NCBI GenBank assembly: GCA_030324005.1
Contig: JARDVH010000163.1
Coordinates: 30,093,769 to 30,157,768, forward strand
Direction: 5' to 3'
DNA from: Negaprion brevirostris
Lineage: Eukaryota
DNA length: 64,000 nt
Part shown: piece by piece, positions 1 through 14,208 of the stretch
How the letters are laid out: each line of letters opens with the position of its first letter
How positions within the stretch are numbered: the first letter of the stretch is position 1
Program-made: the position numbers and the translations under genes
Notes under the pieces: model-generated
What the model was told of the DNA's origin: nothing
What the model saw: the letters and a program-made list of their open reading frames with translations, nothing else
The model's database searches: none

Positions 1-275
1 ATACCTCACCTTAGATCCTGTGAGATTTAACCTTGTGCAACAACCTACCATGCGGTACCTTGTCAGAGGCCTTGCTACAGTCCATGTAGACAACATCAGC
101 TACACTACCCTCATTTACCTTCTTGATTACCCCTTCAAAAAACTCAATGTAATTTGAGACATGATTTTCCACACTGAAAGCCATGCTGATTGTCCCTAAT
201 CAGTCCTTGCGTCTCTAAATGTCTGTAGACCTTGTCTCGCAAAATAGCTTCCAACAACGTACCTACCACAGATGT
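1..275 (-). mobile_element. CR1-type LINE reverse transcriptase fragment
   Basis: Minus strand carries decayed QHGF...CL...FFE and VYMD.SKA.DKVPH RT motifs. Confidence 0.75.
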
Positions 276-659
276 GAGGGGTTGTCTTTTGAAAAGAGAT
301 GGAATAGTTTAGGCTTATCTTCTTGAGTTTAAAAGAATGAGAAGATCTAATTGAGTATATAAGATGATAAAAAGTAATGGGTCTGTCAATTTTTCAGATG
401 CTCTTAGCAGCAGCCTACAATTAGCTGAATGCGTGTGTAAGGGGCCTCATGCTTGTATATATAAATGTAAGCCTCTGTTTCCAGAATTGTATGAGCTTGC
501 TAAATTCATTGTTCTTGAGCTAACTTGAGGGCAAATCTTGAAACTCACAGCACAAACAGCATTGCTGTTAGTAATTACACCCAAAAAAGGGCATTAACCA
601 AATTTTGCCCCATTTTCTTTTCTATTTGTTATTACATTTTAATAATCATAGAACATCAT

Positions 660-2970
660 GCCACTTTATCTGTCATAGAGAAAATGTTAGAAGCCATTAT
701 TAAAGATGTTACAGCAGGCCACTTGGAAAAATTCAAGGCAATCAGGCAGAGTCAACTTGGTTTTGTACAAAGAAAATCATGTTTAACAAATTTATTGGAG
801 TTCTTTGAAGGAGTCGTGTGCTGTGGATAAGAACATAAGAAATAGGAGCAGGAGTAGGCCATCTAGCCCTTTGAGCCTGCCCCGCCATTCAGTAAGTTCA
901 TGGCTGATCTGAAGTGGATCAGTTCCACTTTCCCGCTTTCTACGTAAAGGGGAACGATAACAATAACAGTAACGATACGGGGAGCTTTCTACAATAAAGG
1001 GGAACCAGTGGATGTACTGTTTACTTAAATTTCCTGAAAGCATTTGATAGGCTGTCACATCAAAGGTTGTTTTGGGAAATAAAAACTCATAGTTAGAAGT
1101 AACAAATTGACATGGATAGAAGGTTGGCTAACTGGAAACAAGATTTGGCATAAATAGGTTTTTCTCTGGTTGGAAGGGTGGTGTACCATAAGCATCAGTA
1201 CTTTTGCAATTTATACAAGTTACTTGGCTGAAAGGATTGAAGATATGGTAGTTAAATTTGCTAACGACAAAGGTAGGAATTATGAAGGGAACATGAGGCT
1301 ATAAAGTGATGTAAATAAGTGATTTGGTGTCATAATTCAGGTTGGAAACGCAAGTGTTTTATGAAATCCGTCTGGATCATAAGTCAATGAATTTTTGAAT
1401 TTGGCTAGAGTAAGCATGAGATGTTTCACTTTAGGCATGATTCAACTGACCTACTAGGGAGCTTTTATCAAACAAAGTTTATTTGAGAACGCAGTTAACG
1501 TGTAGAAAGAAAATTAGCAATAACAATTATAAACAAGAAAAAAAACAGTCATGACATTATGTAAACCTTAACAAATATATTGAATATTTCAACCAAACAA
1601 AACCCTTNNNNNNNNNNNNNNNNNNNNNNNNNNNNNNNNNNNNNNNNNNNNNNNNNNNNNNNNNNNNNNNNNNNNNNNNNNNNNNNNNNNNNNNNNNNNN
1701 NNNNNNNNNNNNNNNNNNNNNNNNNNNNNNNGCGACTGTAGCTCCTAACTAGCAAACAGCAAAACTTTCACTCTAGGAACACAAGAATACCTGGTTCCAG
1801 CTAACTAGCGGAATTTCCAAGACTGGGGGGGAGGGGGAAGACAGAGGAACACTGCTTTTCAGTCTGACGCCCAAATACCTAACTAAAACAGCAGCTTGCA
1901 ACCAAACTGAAAGTGAAACCTTGAATTGATTATGTCTATGAAGAAAAAAAACTGAACCATATGACCTGCCACCCAGTCATGAGTTCCAAGTCGATGCATT
2001 AAGCCCAAATTAAAAATAAACAAAACCCCATTTGAACCATTGAAGAAGCAATAAAAGGACTACTAGCAGACAGTTAGGCAACAGTTTAAAAAAAAACCCA
2101 AAGCTGTGTAACTGCAGAGATTTGGGGGAAACAAAATACATCTCTTAAAGATAAAACTAGCATCACAGTGGGCAAAGTGCAGGCAAATGGAATATAGTGT
2201 GGGCTGATGTGAAATTGTCCATCTTGGCAGTGAGAATACAAAAGAAATTTATTTAATTGAGTGATGGTAAAATTCAGGTATAGACGATCTAAGTGTCCTT
2301 GCATGTGAATCAAAAAAGACTAGTATACAGTTGCAGCAAGTAATTAGGAAAGCTAATTGAATATTATAATTTACTGTGAGGGGAAATTTACTACAAAAAT
2401 ATCAGATAATGCTTTAGTTGTACAGGGTGAGACCACATCTATTGTGCACTGTATTGGTCATCTTCTTTAAGGAAAGGTGAAAGTGCATTAGTCATTCAGA
2501 GAAGGTTTGCCAGACGTTTACAAAGAATGGGCGTGTTGTCATTTGAGGAAAGGTCAGAGGTTATGTTTGTATCCACTATAGGTCAGAAGTATAAAAATCA
2601 ACTTGATCAAAACTTTTAAGGTCCTGATCTGCATTGACAGGATGGACATGGAGTGGCTATTTCCTTTTGTCAGAAAATCTAGAACTTAGTGTCATTGTTT
2701 AAAAATAAGGGGTCACTTTCTTAGAAGCGAGACAAGGAGAATTTCATTAGTCATGAGTCTCTGGCAAAGACTTCCTCAAAAGGCAGTGGAAGCAGACACT
2801 TTAAATATTTTTAAGGCTGAACTGGATTGTTTGTTGATTAACAAAATGGTTAAGAGGTTGCCAGGGATAAGCAAGAATGTGGGATTGAAGTTACAATCGG
2901 ATCAGCCATGATCTTTTTGAATGTTGGAACAGGTCAAGGGGCCGAGTGGTTTACTCTTAATTCGTATGTT
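660..2970 (+). mobile_element. Decayed CR1 LINE 3' part (RT to tail), interrupted by inserts at about 829-995 and 1328-2167
   Basis: ORF 525-830 ends IRQSQLGFVQRKSCLTNLLEFFE; the RT continues to 1320 and resumes at 2168; CR1 tail at 2890-2970. Confidence 0.85.
1328..2167. mobile_element. Solo-LTR-like insertion nested in CR1
   Basis: TGTCAT...ATCACA termini, flanks TTGG/GTGG (4-bp TSD with one mismatch); the CR1 sequence joins when it is removed. Confidence 0.55.
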
Positions 2971-5900
2971 TGCTTGACAGTATTGTTTTCATATCTTGCA
3001 TCTGTGATACCAGCGGAATAATCCTGCAATAGGAACCAGACCTGATGAGAGCAGTATTTCATAGAATGTTGCTTGAGAGATTAATCTCTGCCTTTATTTT
3101 AAACCATTGATGCCAGGTATGGAGCTTTTCTTTTGTTACAGCTTCTATAATTTTACAAAATAAGTTTTGTGACAGAAGTCACACTTTTGAATTTTGCTTG
3201 CTTATCTGCTGGCTGAATTTGCTACCAGCCCTCCAATGACTACTGTTTTCAGTTCAGTCAGCGGAAGGCACCATAAGGGTATTTTCTCACTTGCTCCACG
3301 TGGAAGCAATTGGCATCTGTCGCGTGTGGGAGTATGAATTTGAGCCAGAAAGCTGCAGTGTGGGAGATCATGGGTATGAGGTATGCCTGAACGTTTTGAC
3401 AGCTTTCTTCTTGAAAGACAGTGCCGGTCACTTTTTCATACTGAACATTGAGTAACTGAAGAGTTTCTATTTTCGAGCAACAGTCCTTCCCACAGGTGGC
3501 AGAGGTGTAAATTACAGAGCTAGATGATCGAGCCACTCAACATTGACTCTGGAAACCTGAGGCACTTTCTTTCCTCTTGGATCTCCTCTCTTGTCACTTG
3601 ACTGCATCTCATCAGCCTCTGGCTCTCTGCAGCATAACCCTCCAAGCAAGTTCTCGATTTTGACTTTAGTTTTAGAGAGAAAAACATATTAGTATATTAC
3701 CCCAGCTACAACTCTCGTTGTGTGATTGTAAATTTCAAATTGAATTTTCATTTTATTCCGGTTTAAAACACTGCATAGTCGTAAAAGTCTTCTGTACGAG
3801 GATTATTGGTTACTAGACCTCAATTGACAGAATCTTAGGAGCAGATTGCATAAATACTTTGAGTTTGATGTGAAAAGGTTTGAAGAGGGCAACATGATAG
3901 TTGCTTTGTAGGAAAACGATTCATCGCTGATCTTGCAGTGGACAACCACAACGAGATAGCATCTCTTTAATTGTATTATGGAGTCATAGAGGTTTACAGC
4001 GCAGAAACAGGCCCTTCGGCCCAACTTGTCCATGCTGCCCTTTTCTAAACAAAAATTAAGAAAATTACATATGCAGCTATTTCAATTTATTTTGACAAAA
4101 CACTTGCGTTTTGCAAGAAAAATCATTCCATTTGGAATAACAGTGATGAAATTCCTTGATTGTTCCTTTTCAGAACAGTGTTATGATTGCCACCTGCTGG
4201 TGGAACATGCAGTAGCAGAATCAAGGCTCCATAATTAGCCGTGAAATACTTTACAGATAGGGAAAACAGTTTGTAAAATGGACATAGAAACATGTAATTT
4301 ACATTTGAAAATGGATATATTAAGCTCGGAAATGTTAGCTTAGTCAGTTGAAATATCCAGATGAGCAAGCCTATTGTATATCATAATTAAACTGAAGGAA
4401 ACTCCTCGCATTTTCGCTGGGTTTCTTCCAATGTCAATGGAAAGTGAGAGCAAACTTTGGAGGAACAGTGCAAACAGCTGTTGTCACTGTTTTCTGCTAT
4501 GCACAGTTGCAGTAATGGTGGATGGTCAAGAGAATATTTGCAAAAAAATTCTACCTTGAAGTTTCAATGGTAATAAAAGGGAGATTCTCTAGTCAGAGTA
4601 TTCCAATCTTTCAACTTTGCCATCTTACCCATGACATTGTTCACAGGTAGGACAGAGCTTTGTGCTTGTTTTCTGATTTTTTTTTTATCCCTTGAACTTT
4701 TTTTTTCTTTCTGAAGCAGCACTTTTTTCTGAAATAGTTGAGTATTGTGTAAGTGTGCCCGGTATTGGTTTTAAGTAGTTTAAGGGAAGAAACTGTAGTT
4801 ATTCAGGTTGCCCACATGTGATACAACAGTCCTAGTCTGAAATTATATTCCTTTGGTTGCCAAGCCTCAGTGGGGTGTTGGTCTCCTGCAGTGGATCTAA
4901 CGTAAGTGCTTTTCTGAGTCAGATCATGACCTGATTCTAAAGTTATACATTTACCTATTTGTTTTGATGTGCATTAGTACAAAGGTAACAGTAGAAATGT
5001 TGTTGAGTACTCAAACTAATAATTTATAAATTATTATTCCTATTGCTTACAGCACTTCATTTTGTTTTCCTCCTTGTCATTGTATTATTTTTCCTTTTGC
5101 CCTTAAATCTTGGGTTTTGAGTTCTCATTTCTGTCTTCCTTATGACAAAACCCTATTCATCCTCTGATCATTCTCTCCTGTTTTGTTGTATTTTATTTTG
5201 CTGTGTGATTTGCTCTTTTATCTTCACTTTCAAGCATGTCACCGAAAATGCTGTTCTCATCAATGAACAGCTAAAAACATAGTGAAGAGTGCAGAGTAGT
5301 TCCTGTCTGAGGAAATAGCACATGCCCAGTGCCTCTAGAGATAAGGAAAATGGACAATCAAAACCCAAATTCATCCTCCAATTTATTTTGCAAATGGGAT
5401 TTTTTTTTAAGGTAGTGAACTGCACTTTTTTTTTAGGTTGCTTTCCAGTAAAATTTGAGATATCAGTACAGAGGCAAAACAGTTTACAGTTTTACAGAAA
5501 TAGTGAATGTAAACTTTGAAATCTATTATATTAAATCTTTCTCACTTTCTGGGGTTCTCCCTCTTTCTCCAGAGGCTTTGGTTCAGAGAGCAATATCCAT
5601 TGATGGATGTTGCATTTCTTTACCTGATGTGTGCTCCCTGTCCCTTCCCAAGACCCTCCTGTTCTCATCACTGTGTGCCCTCTTTGTGTGGCTTCGTATC
5701 CCTTCAGTCCATCTATCCTACCTCTCCCCTATTCCAACACAGCTGGATGTGGAAAAATGATTTATTTCAGTATAAATAGACTATGTTGTAAAGTGCTGTT
5801 TAAAAGCAAAAAAGGAACTTATTGACCCCAGAGATGGGTGATAGAGTAGGACAAGTAATATAGGCTGTGTTTTGGCTGAGGCCCACTGAATTCATTATAA

Positions 5901-6579
5901 GGAACCAAACCCAAGGAGTGGGAGGGGTAAGATGGTGGACATGTGATGTGGTGCTAACAGACAAGGGAGGGTGAAAACCATTTGCCAGAAGTAAATATCT
6001 GAGGTTGTTAACAGGTACATGAGCAGCTGATTGTGATTGTTTGTTGAATTTAATTCAAGCAGTTTTCAGTTAAGGTCAAGCCACTTAGGAAAAATAAATA
6101 CAGTTTCCACGGAAAAAAATAAAGCATCCACCATAAATGTCGTATTGACAAGATAATGATCGAGAAGGGGCATGAGGTCAGCTCGCACATTTTTGGTTCT
6201 AAAGTTATCTCAATCAGCACAACAAGCAACAAAATAGCATATTCTGATTCTTTGACCTACTGACTCCGTCAGGTCCTTGTTGAGCTGTTCTCAAGCTACT
6301 GTTTAAACTTTTTCTCCCTCTGAGAGACTTTTCCTTCGAACCAGAAATCTCAGATCCCAAATTAAGTGAGTAATATTGAGATTCCTACTAAATAAAAACA
6401 TAATGCTTTGATTTTACTGAATTAATGTTCAAGTTATGCTCTATGTAAAGGGGAGGTGGATTTGTATTTATAATAGCTTGCCCCTATCCATTCTGATAGC
6501 AGTCTGAAGGGGTTTCTCTGTCCCTCGGGAGCTCAAGTACTACCAGTTTTGTTTCCAAATAAAAAGTTATTCACTAAAA

Positions 6580-6750
6580 TAAAAACAAAATATTGTGGAT
6601 GCTGGAAAACTGAAGTAAAACCAGAAAATGCTGGGTAAACCCAGCAGCTCTGGCAGCATCTGTGGAGGGGAATCAGATTCCAAAACGTTATAAGGCAGAA
6701 TAAGCCATTTCCCAGGGCTCTGAAGAAGTCACATGGACATGGAACCAGGA
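6580..6750. mobile_element. Short non-autonomous repeat (aaatgctgg...cagcaggtctggcagcatctgtggag type), probably Penelope-related; related copies near 21590-21660, 30210-30300 and 35020-35120
   Basis: Motif recurs several times in the window; family assignment is from memory. Confidence 0.5.
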
Positions 6751-7916
6751 TAATATTTTTCTATCTTTTGGTGGAACAGACTTGAGAATAATGATTGTTT
6801 GTGTTTCCGTATACTCAACTGTATTTATAACATGTCTGTACATAAATGTCACATTAGGGGATTGAAATTGGTTATAGATAAATAAGATTTATGAAGGAAC
6901 AATTCATTTAACCCAACATTAAAGATAACTTGAAGCTCCAGCTATCTCTTGTTTAGCACTCCTGACGTATTCCTAAACAACATGTGCTAATTGAAAATCA
7001 ATCTTCCATAAGAAACCATGCAATAAGGGAGTGGGGGATGGGGTGATGGGCAGTGTTATGTTTCTAACTAAACTTTTACAATAAACCAGATGGCTGCACT
7101 GAACCTAACTGGCTTCAAAATCCTCTTTCAACCATGAACCTTACCAACTTTGCACTCCCATGTATTATCACCTGCTCACTACTTCCCTCATCTGCTGACC
7201 ATGTTCCCTCCTATTTGCTGCTTCCACTTCTGACTTGCAGGTTCCTTCTCGCTGCCCCTCTTCACGGGAAGGGGAGGGAGCAACAGGATGGATTTGAGGG
7301 AGTTGGGACAAGAGCAGGAGGGAGTGTGGGAGTTGAGAAAGGAGCCAAATAGGCAGTGAGGGGGGGATAGAAGAAAACACAAGGAGTTGGAAGAGGGGTG
7401 CCAAACAAGAGAGAGCAAGGGGTTCATGAGCAACTTTGAGAAAAGCAGTTAAAAAACAGACTGACTATGTCCAAATATACTGTTTTTCTTGGTACATTTG
7501 CTTATTCACACTATGATGAAAATGGAAGCAACACTATCCAGGCTAAGTTCTCCGATTTACTAATCACACAAATGAAAATGTGCTAATACAACATGCTTTA
7601 AACAGGGATACCAGTATGGTGGGAGGAAATTCCTGAAATTCACCCCAAATTTGGAATTCTGTAAAAATTATGATGCACACCGAAGTGAACTTCATGATTT
7701 GATTGAAACGAAGATCAGATCACATTTGTTACTTTTGTCTCAAATTGGGCAATGAAGGAACCTTTAATAACCTTGCATTCTAGTAAGTAAAGCATTTCAA
7801 GCAACTAGTCTTCGTTCTTTTTCTTACCTGGGCTGTTTTGTTACTAGATCAATGCTAACAAATATAACTTGCATCAGATGTTAATACAATATTTGTACAT
7901 TTTTGTTCCCTATCAG

Positions 7917-7961
7917 ATCAATGTCCTTCAGTCAAAGAGAAGATCTGAGATTTTAAAATCG
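7917..7961 (+). CDS. ACAP2: ACAP2 exon, BAR domain (INVLQSKRRSEILKS)
   Basis: tatcag| acceptor and |gtaagc donor; 45 nt, phase 0/0; peptide matches the ACAP2 BAR sequence as I recall it. Confidence 0.95.
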
Positions 7962-8703
7962 GTAAGCCGTTGTTGTCTAAAAGTATTTTGGCTGGTGTTT
8001 TTTTAATTCTTAAGCTTGTTTAGATAACCTCACTGGATGTCATTTTTGCTTTTAATGTCATTGTAGCCATGATAAATTTATGTTCAGTATAAGTATAGTT
8101 TTTTCTAATTGAATTAGCACAGTTGCAGTCAAAAAGTCTTGATCAAGTTTTTAAAAAGTATAAGTGCAAAGTTTTAAACTTGAAGTCTGAACTTTTAGAG
8201 GAGTCGTGTTTAAAATTTATGTATTGTAAGCAATGTTGAGACTAATGTCTGCAGTGGAATTTTAATCGTTTATGTCAGTGACTTTGCAAAATAACAGTGC
8301 TCTCATCTTTCAAATCTTTGTTTAAATATACTTTCAATAAAGTAATCTTAATATTGAAATTATATTATGAAAAATGAAGCTGTTTATATAAGTTTGATTC
8401 TGTGCAAAATGATATCGCAGGGTGTTCTAAAATGTTACTACCAGATAGATTTAACTCTACCATCATCGCTTTTTATTCTTGTTGTAATAATGATGTTGAT
8501 TTGGATCAGGCGAGGCCATTATTTTGATATAGCCTTCCCATCTTTGACAAGTCATTTTTGTAATGTGAACCGTAAGCCCTTGCGGCCTTCCAATTGTTTG
8601 TTGATTTTCTTTTTCTCCTTTCCACTTGCCTCTTGGATTCTTCATAGTGGATCACCAACCTCCATTTCTCTCCTCATTTTCCTCCAGAATATCCACAAAT
8701 GGC

Positions 8704-9830
8704 TTTTAACATTTTCCCATTACCAGTGTTTGAGCAACTGACCTGTATTTTACTTCTTTCTGTCTTGCTCCCTTTTTGAAGGAAGGAGTTACATTTGTTA
8801 TTTTCCAATCTAATGGAACCTTTCCTGAATCTAGGGGATTTTGAAAAATTCAAACCAACACATCAGCTATTTCACTAGACCCTAGGAAGTCCATCAGAAT
8901 CTGGGAACTTGACAGCCTGTAACTCCAACAATTTATTCAGTGCCACTTTCCTGGTGATTGTAACCTTTTGAGTTCCTCCCTCTCCATTTCCTGACATATA
9001 CATATTTCTGGGATGTTACATCAATGCTTTGTAGTGAAGACATGCAAAATACCAGTTCAATTCCTCTGCCAATGCCATATTTTCCATTATTAATGACCTA
9101 ATCTCACTTTCTGTAGGATCAACACTTCCCACTTTAACTTTTTTCTTTTTAAAATATCTGTAGAAACTCTAACTGTCTTTATATTGCTAGCCAGTTTCTC
9201 CTGTATTCTAATTTTTCCCTCCCCGTTAATCTTTTAGTCATTCTTTGCTTTTTTTAAATTATTTTTAGTTAGCTGGTGTGACCTTCCCTTAAACTTTCTT
9301 TCTTGTTGGAATGTGTATTTTCAGTGTCTCCTGCAATTCCTTAAATGTCTACCACTGCACCTCTATTAGTTTAACCCTTAACTCAATTTACCAGTTTACT
9401 TCAGCAAGCTCGGCTTTCGTGCCCTAATANNNNNNNNNNACCTTAGATTCACTCCTCTCTCTCAAACTGAATGTAAAATGCAATTATGATTGCTGCTATC
9501 TAGGGATGCCTTTACTATGAGGTTATTAATTAATCCTGCCTCTTTACATAATACCAAATCTACTAAAGCCTGTTCTCTAGTTGGTTCCAGAACCTGCTGT
9601 TCAAGGAACTATCCCGAAAACATTCATTGAGTGTTTCCTCATCTAGGCTACCTTTTCCCATCTGATTTTTCCAGTCACTGTGTAGATTAAAATCCCCCAT
9701 AATTATTACCATACCTTTCTGACAAGCTCCCATGATTTTTCCTATATACCAAGTCCCCCTGTGTGGTTACTGTTAGGGGGTCTGTGCATCACTCCCACAA
9801 GTGACTTCCTGCCTTTATCATTTCCTATCT
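8704..9830 (-). mobile_element. Decayed CR1 LINE ORF2 fragment
   Basis: Reverse complement resembles the + strand CR1 at 15500-16750. Confidence 0.7.
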
Positions 9831-9834
9831 CTGA

Positions 9835-10600
9835 AACTGTTTTCAAAGGGCATGAAAGGGCTTTTATAGATTGCAAAGGCTTCATAAGTAAACAAGGAGC
9901 GTTTAGTAAATTTTATTTGAACGCAAAAATGAGGGTAATAGGAAAGATGTGAAAGATTTTTATATTTTGGAAAAGATAATTTCAAGGAAATTCTGAGAAC
10001 AATGGAATTGGAGATAAAAGGGAAAATGTATTTAAGGAGAATTGTTGAACTGATTTGAGGTGGGCTGTGTCAGGAAGATTTCTTCGAAACAGCTCTGAGC
10101 TGGGAGAAGGTGCAGTTTGAATCAGCCGTCCATCCAATCAAGCTAGAAAAGCCTGGCGCTGCAGAAGGTAATTTTGTTCCGATAGTTTTCTTGGATTTTC
10201 ACAGCAGAATGGAAGAAAGTTTGAGATTGTGCGGTGTATCTTAATAAAGTGACAGCAGCTTTGCCTTGGGTAAACTGGATTTTTATAGTTAAATATCTTT
10301 AAGGGAATTTTGTTTGGAAGGTGTTTGCTTGTGAATCTGTTCAGGTAAGGAGTCTTTTATGGGGGAATGTTTTTGTCAGACAAATTTTAGCTGTGTAACT
10401 GTATTCTTGTGTGCTTAAGCTTTCTTTTATTATTATTAATAAACCTGTTACTTTTAATTTGAAGATATCAAAAATGTTACTGGACTTCTTGCCACTGAGC
10501 TCAGTACTTGTTTTCAGAATACAGAGTATGGTCTGTAAGTTAAGTTTCCTCTAGGATTTGTTTTTCTCAGCAATTAACATCTGCTGTGGCCATAATGTGC
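9835..10600 (+). mobile_element. Possible LTR-like insertion splitting the CR1 (CR1 5' region resumes at about 10600-11100)
   Basis: Abrupt composition change, internal AATAAA at 10438; termini not clean. Confidence 0.3.
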
Positions 10601-13600
10601 GAAGTTGCCTGTGACTCAGATAATCTAGAGATTATTACCTTTTTGAGGTTCTGCTTTTTAATTTTGTGCCAGCACCCCTCATTCTCTATGCAGGTCCTCT
10701 TTCTTATTAGTACCTACATAGACCACAGTGAGTAGATCTATCCTTCCTTGAACCCTGGCACTGGGCAGACAACACAGACTACTGGATTCTTCCTCTGATT
10801 ATTCTGTCCCCTACTACACTACCTTTCCTTTTGTGCTGTCCTTGCTTGAATGGCTTCCTATACCACAGGGCCACAGACAGTCTAGTCATTCACCCTGCTT
10901 TCATCTACATAGGCTGCAAACACCTCAAACCTGTTCGACAACTGCAAAGTTGTGAGGCACCTCTATTACTGTCTACCTGGTCCCCCTTAAGTGCCTCAGG
11001 CAAGGTCACACACTCCTGTCCATCACTGACCAAAAAATAAGGCCCTAGTCTAAGACACGTGACTATTTTTTTGGTGCAAAATGTTCCGGTATTTCTCCCC
11101 CTTGTATAGTGTCTGCAGTTTGGCTTCCAGATCTCCAAGGAACAACTGAGTATGGGAAGGTGCAGTTTGAACCAATCATCCAGTCAAGCCACAAAAGTCT
11201 TAGATTGCAAAAAGCCATTTTGCTTCTGAAGCTTTTACTCCCAACCTGAAATTCCTCCAGCTGCTTACACTTTCTGTAGGCCTGTTTGCCTTGGATTTTT
11301 TTGGTGTCCAGGTGTTCCCACGTTCCACAGCTGTCCTGCCATTGGGGTTGCTTATGTTGCTGAGTTACTTAAGTTAGAATTATTAACTTGCACTATACAT
11401 AGGAATGTAATTATTAAGTGCTAGTACCACATACAACTAAGGGCTATACATTTCTTGATTCCTTATTGATTTTCTGGTACTCATCAACCAGTGCTGCTGC
11501 ACTGAAGCAAAAAAAAAGTAGGGAGAAAAAAGTAACTCCTTCCCCCAACTCATTGTTCACCAAACCTGTTTCAGCTCACTCTGCTTGCAGTTTGCACTGT
11601 TTTATACTTGTCTCACCCAAATTGATGTGTAATGTGGTCTTTTCACCAACTTTTGTTTTGCTCTGTCACCCTATTCCTTTGGTACCTTTGCCAGTTTGAT
11701 TGATAATAGCAAGCCTGACAATTCTGTCATCATTACCCTGGCTCTATGTACCTAAAGCATGCCAGATCATAATAGATTCTTTAGAAGAATGGACCTTCAT
11801 CTGAGTGTCAAATATCTGAAATATTTATTACTGGATGGTTCCAGTAACTTGGGAGCTCTTTGCAACCTGAATCCTGCATCCTGTTGTTCATTCGGCATAC
11901 ATTCATCTCCTTTCCTCTTGGGACACAAGGATAATGTATTAGCATTTGGATACTGATTCTTGGGTAATCTTGTCTGGAGAGCACCAGAAGCCTCCATCCC
12001 CTGATTTTGCCAGATGTAGCTAGTTGCTCATTGAAGCACAGGAACTTTGTTGTCAGAGATTCAAATTTCTGGCACTTAGTATAAATGTATTGCCCCTAGA
12101 TACACTGTGAACCTGTATCAGTCCATATCTTGAACTCCACGCGTTTGGAGAGTTACTTGCTCTGTGATATCTCTTGTCTAAATTAAACATGGAGATTGTG
12201 TGAGCCTAATGTACTACTAGCATTAAATTATGGAGAGTCAAACTCTTACCTTACATGAGCATTAATTATGAAAAAAGGTGTCCAATTGCACATCATAGCT
12301 TAGCTCATCTTGATGCTAAACTTCAACTCCATACACCTCTGCCTTTTCGTATTCTTCTGAACTCTTCAGTTTGAGATTAATATTTCTCTTAATTCACAAA
12401 CCTCTGGCTTCATCCTACCTCACTTCTGCTATATTCTTGATTTCTAGATTCTGTCTCCTTCAAATTAACTTCAGCTTAACATTGTTTGGCAATACCTGAT
12501 TGTGTTTTGCGACTTTGTGCTTCAATAGAGAACTGTGAAGGTGTTGGACATGTTGAAACCACAACAATGACTTTCAAACAACTACGTCACAGCCCATCGT
12601 GCGTTCAATATACAAACATGCAACTGGGTTTCCTGAAAACAGAACCCTTTTAAGTTCTTGTAATACCATATGCAAACTATTTCATTTGAAGGCTGCTGCT
12701 TGAAATTGCACCTTACTGTGGTAGGCAAATGATACGTCTTAAACATTTGAATGTCTGTAAGGTGCTTTCCTATGAGAATTGGTCAGTGTGAAACAGGGTA
12801 TGAGGAAGCAATGACCGGGATTTTCTGGTGCCATCACCATGGGGAATTTAGAGGCCAAATATTCATTGACCTTTGGTGTGACCAGATAATTTCAACATTG
12901 GACAGGGCCAGAAATCCTGCCCAATCTATCAAACTGGCCTTGTTCTTGTAAGTGCTGATTGCTCACAGTAGTTGGATTAATTCTGAAGATATCTCTCAAA
13001 TTTAGGGCCTGTGTCCGTGTGGCTTAGGCCATATTGATAGACTTGCCACATTCTGACAGGCACTTTTGATTGCTGGAAGAATGCCTTGGAATTAAAGCAA
13101 AATATCTTTCATGGCAGTGCAGAAATGCTGGGATTTTACTTTGTTGTCATTCCATTAACTGCATGAAGTTAACAGTTGTTCACACAAATTGACTGTTAAA
13201 TGTAAAACAAAATGGCTGCCACTGCATTGAATATCCTTCTCCCTGAATTTACAAGCTTCCTGTAATCAGCGCACTGTATGTCATGGAATCTGAATAATAG
13301 GTTATGAACCTCTGTGAAATAAAAATTCGATATTTCCACGTGCAAAGTTCTACAGTCATCTAGAACTATTGGGGCAAATTCTGTTCAGTCAACTCTAAAT
13401 CGTTTAAATAAACATTTGAAATCAAGCGTCACCTTGAATGAAAAATGTGGAAATATACACTTTTGTAAGAAGTGGTTATGCTTTGTTAAAAATGTAATCT
13501 AGCATTTTTAAAGGTGTACTTTTGCTTTTCTTTCATATGCAAACAGTTAATATGCTAAGAATTCCTTTCTGGAATTAAAGATCAGTTCATGCTCTAATAT

Positions 13601-14112
13601 GTTAACTATTTGTGATGGTTTTGCACTGGACAGATCCAAGGTGCATTCTGTTGTATCGTTGCACCACCACCTCTCATGCAAAACCAAAGGGTAATGAGGG
13701 AGACCAGCCTTAACTCTTATCTCCCATCATTTATGGTGTTCCAACACGAATACCAGGTCTGCCTACCTCCTTTCTGATGGTGTAATGACCAAATACAAAG
13801 CCAGGACCATTATCAGAATGGCATTCTTTGTGAGCACATGACTTTAAAATTGATGCTGCAGTGACATATGCTGCTAACATTTATAGTACCTTAACTCATG
13901 AATGATTGTTGTGCCTTTCTCAGTAATTGTCAAAATGTCAGTTGGTGGTCTTAAGATTGCCAGTCATTTATTTTGATTAAAGATATTTAAAACTCTGAAA
14001 CTTGTGTCCATTTGATGTCCATTATCTTCTATAGCTGGAAACAGTTTATTGCCATCTTATTCTGTTAGATTGTATTGGTGGTTAAGCTTTTGTTTCTTTA
14101 TTTCACTTCTAG

Positions 14113-14208
14113 ATGTTGTCCTTTATGTATGCTCATCTCACATTCTTTCATCAAGGATATGACCTCTTTATGGAACTGGAACCTTACATGAAGGAATTGG
14201 GAGCACAG
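14113..14208 (+). CDS. ACAP2: ACAP2 exon, BAR domain (MLSFMYAHLTFFHQGYDLFMELEPYMKELGAQ)
   Basis: ttctag| and |gtaaga; 96 nt, phase 0/0. Confidence 0.95.

Noticed and set aside
3258-3650. Minus-strand ORF with TCGKDC, a possible RTE LINE C-terminus (similar hint at 29990-30180)
   Set aside because: Too decayed to assign; not a gene.
7270-7430. Purine-rich stretch with possible G-quadruplex
   Set aside because: G-runs are irregular and it looks like low-complexity repeat remnant.
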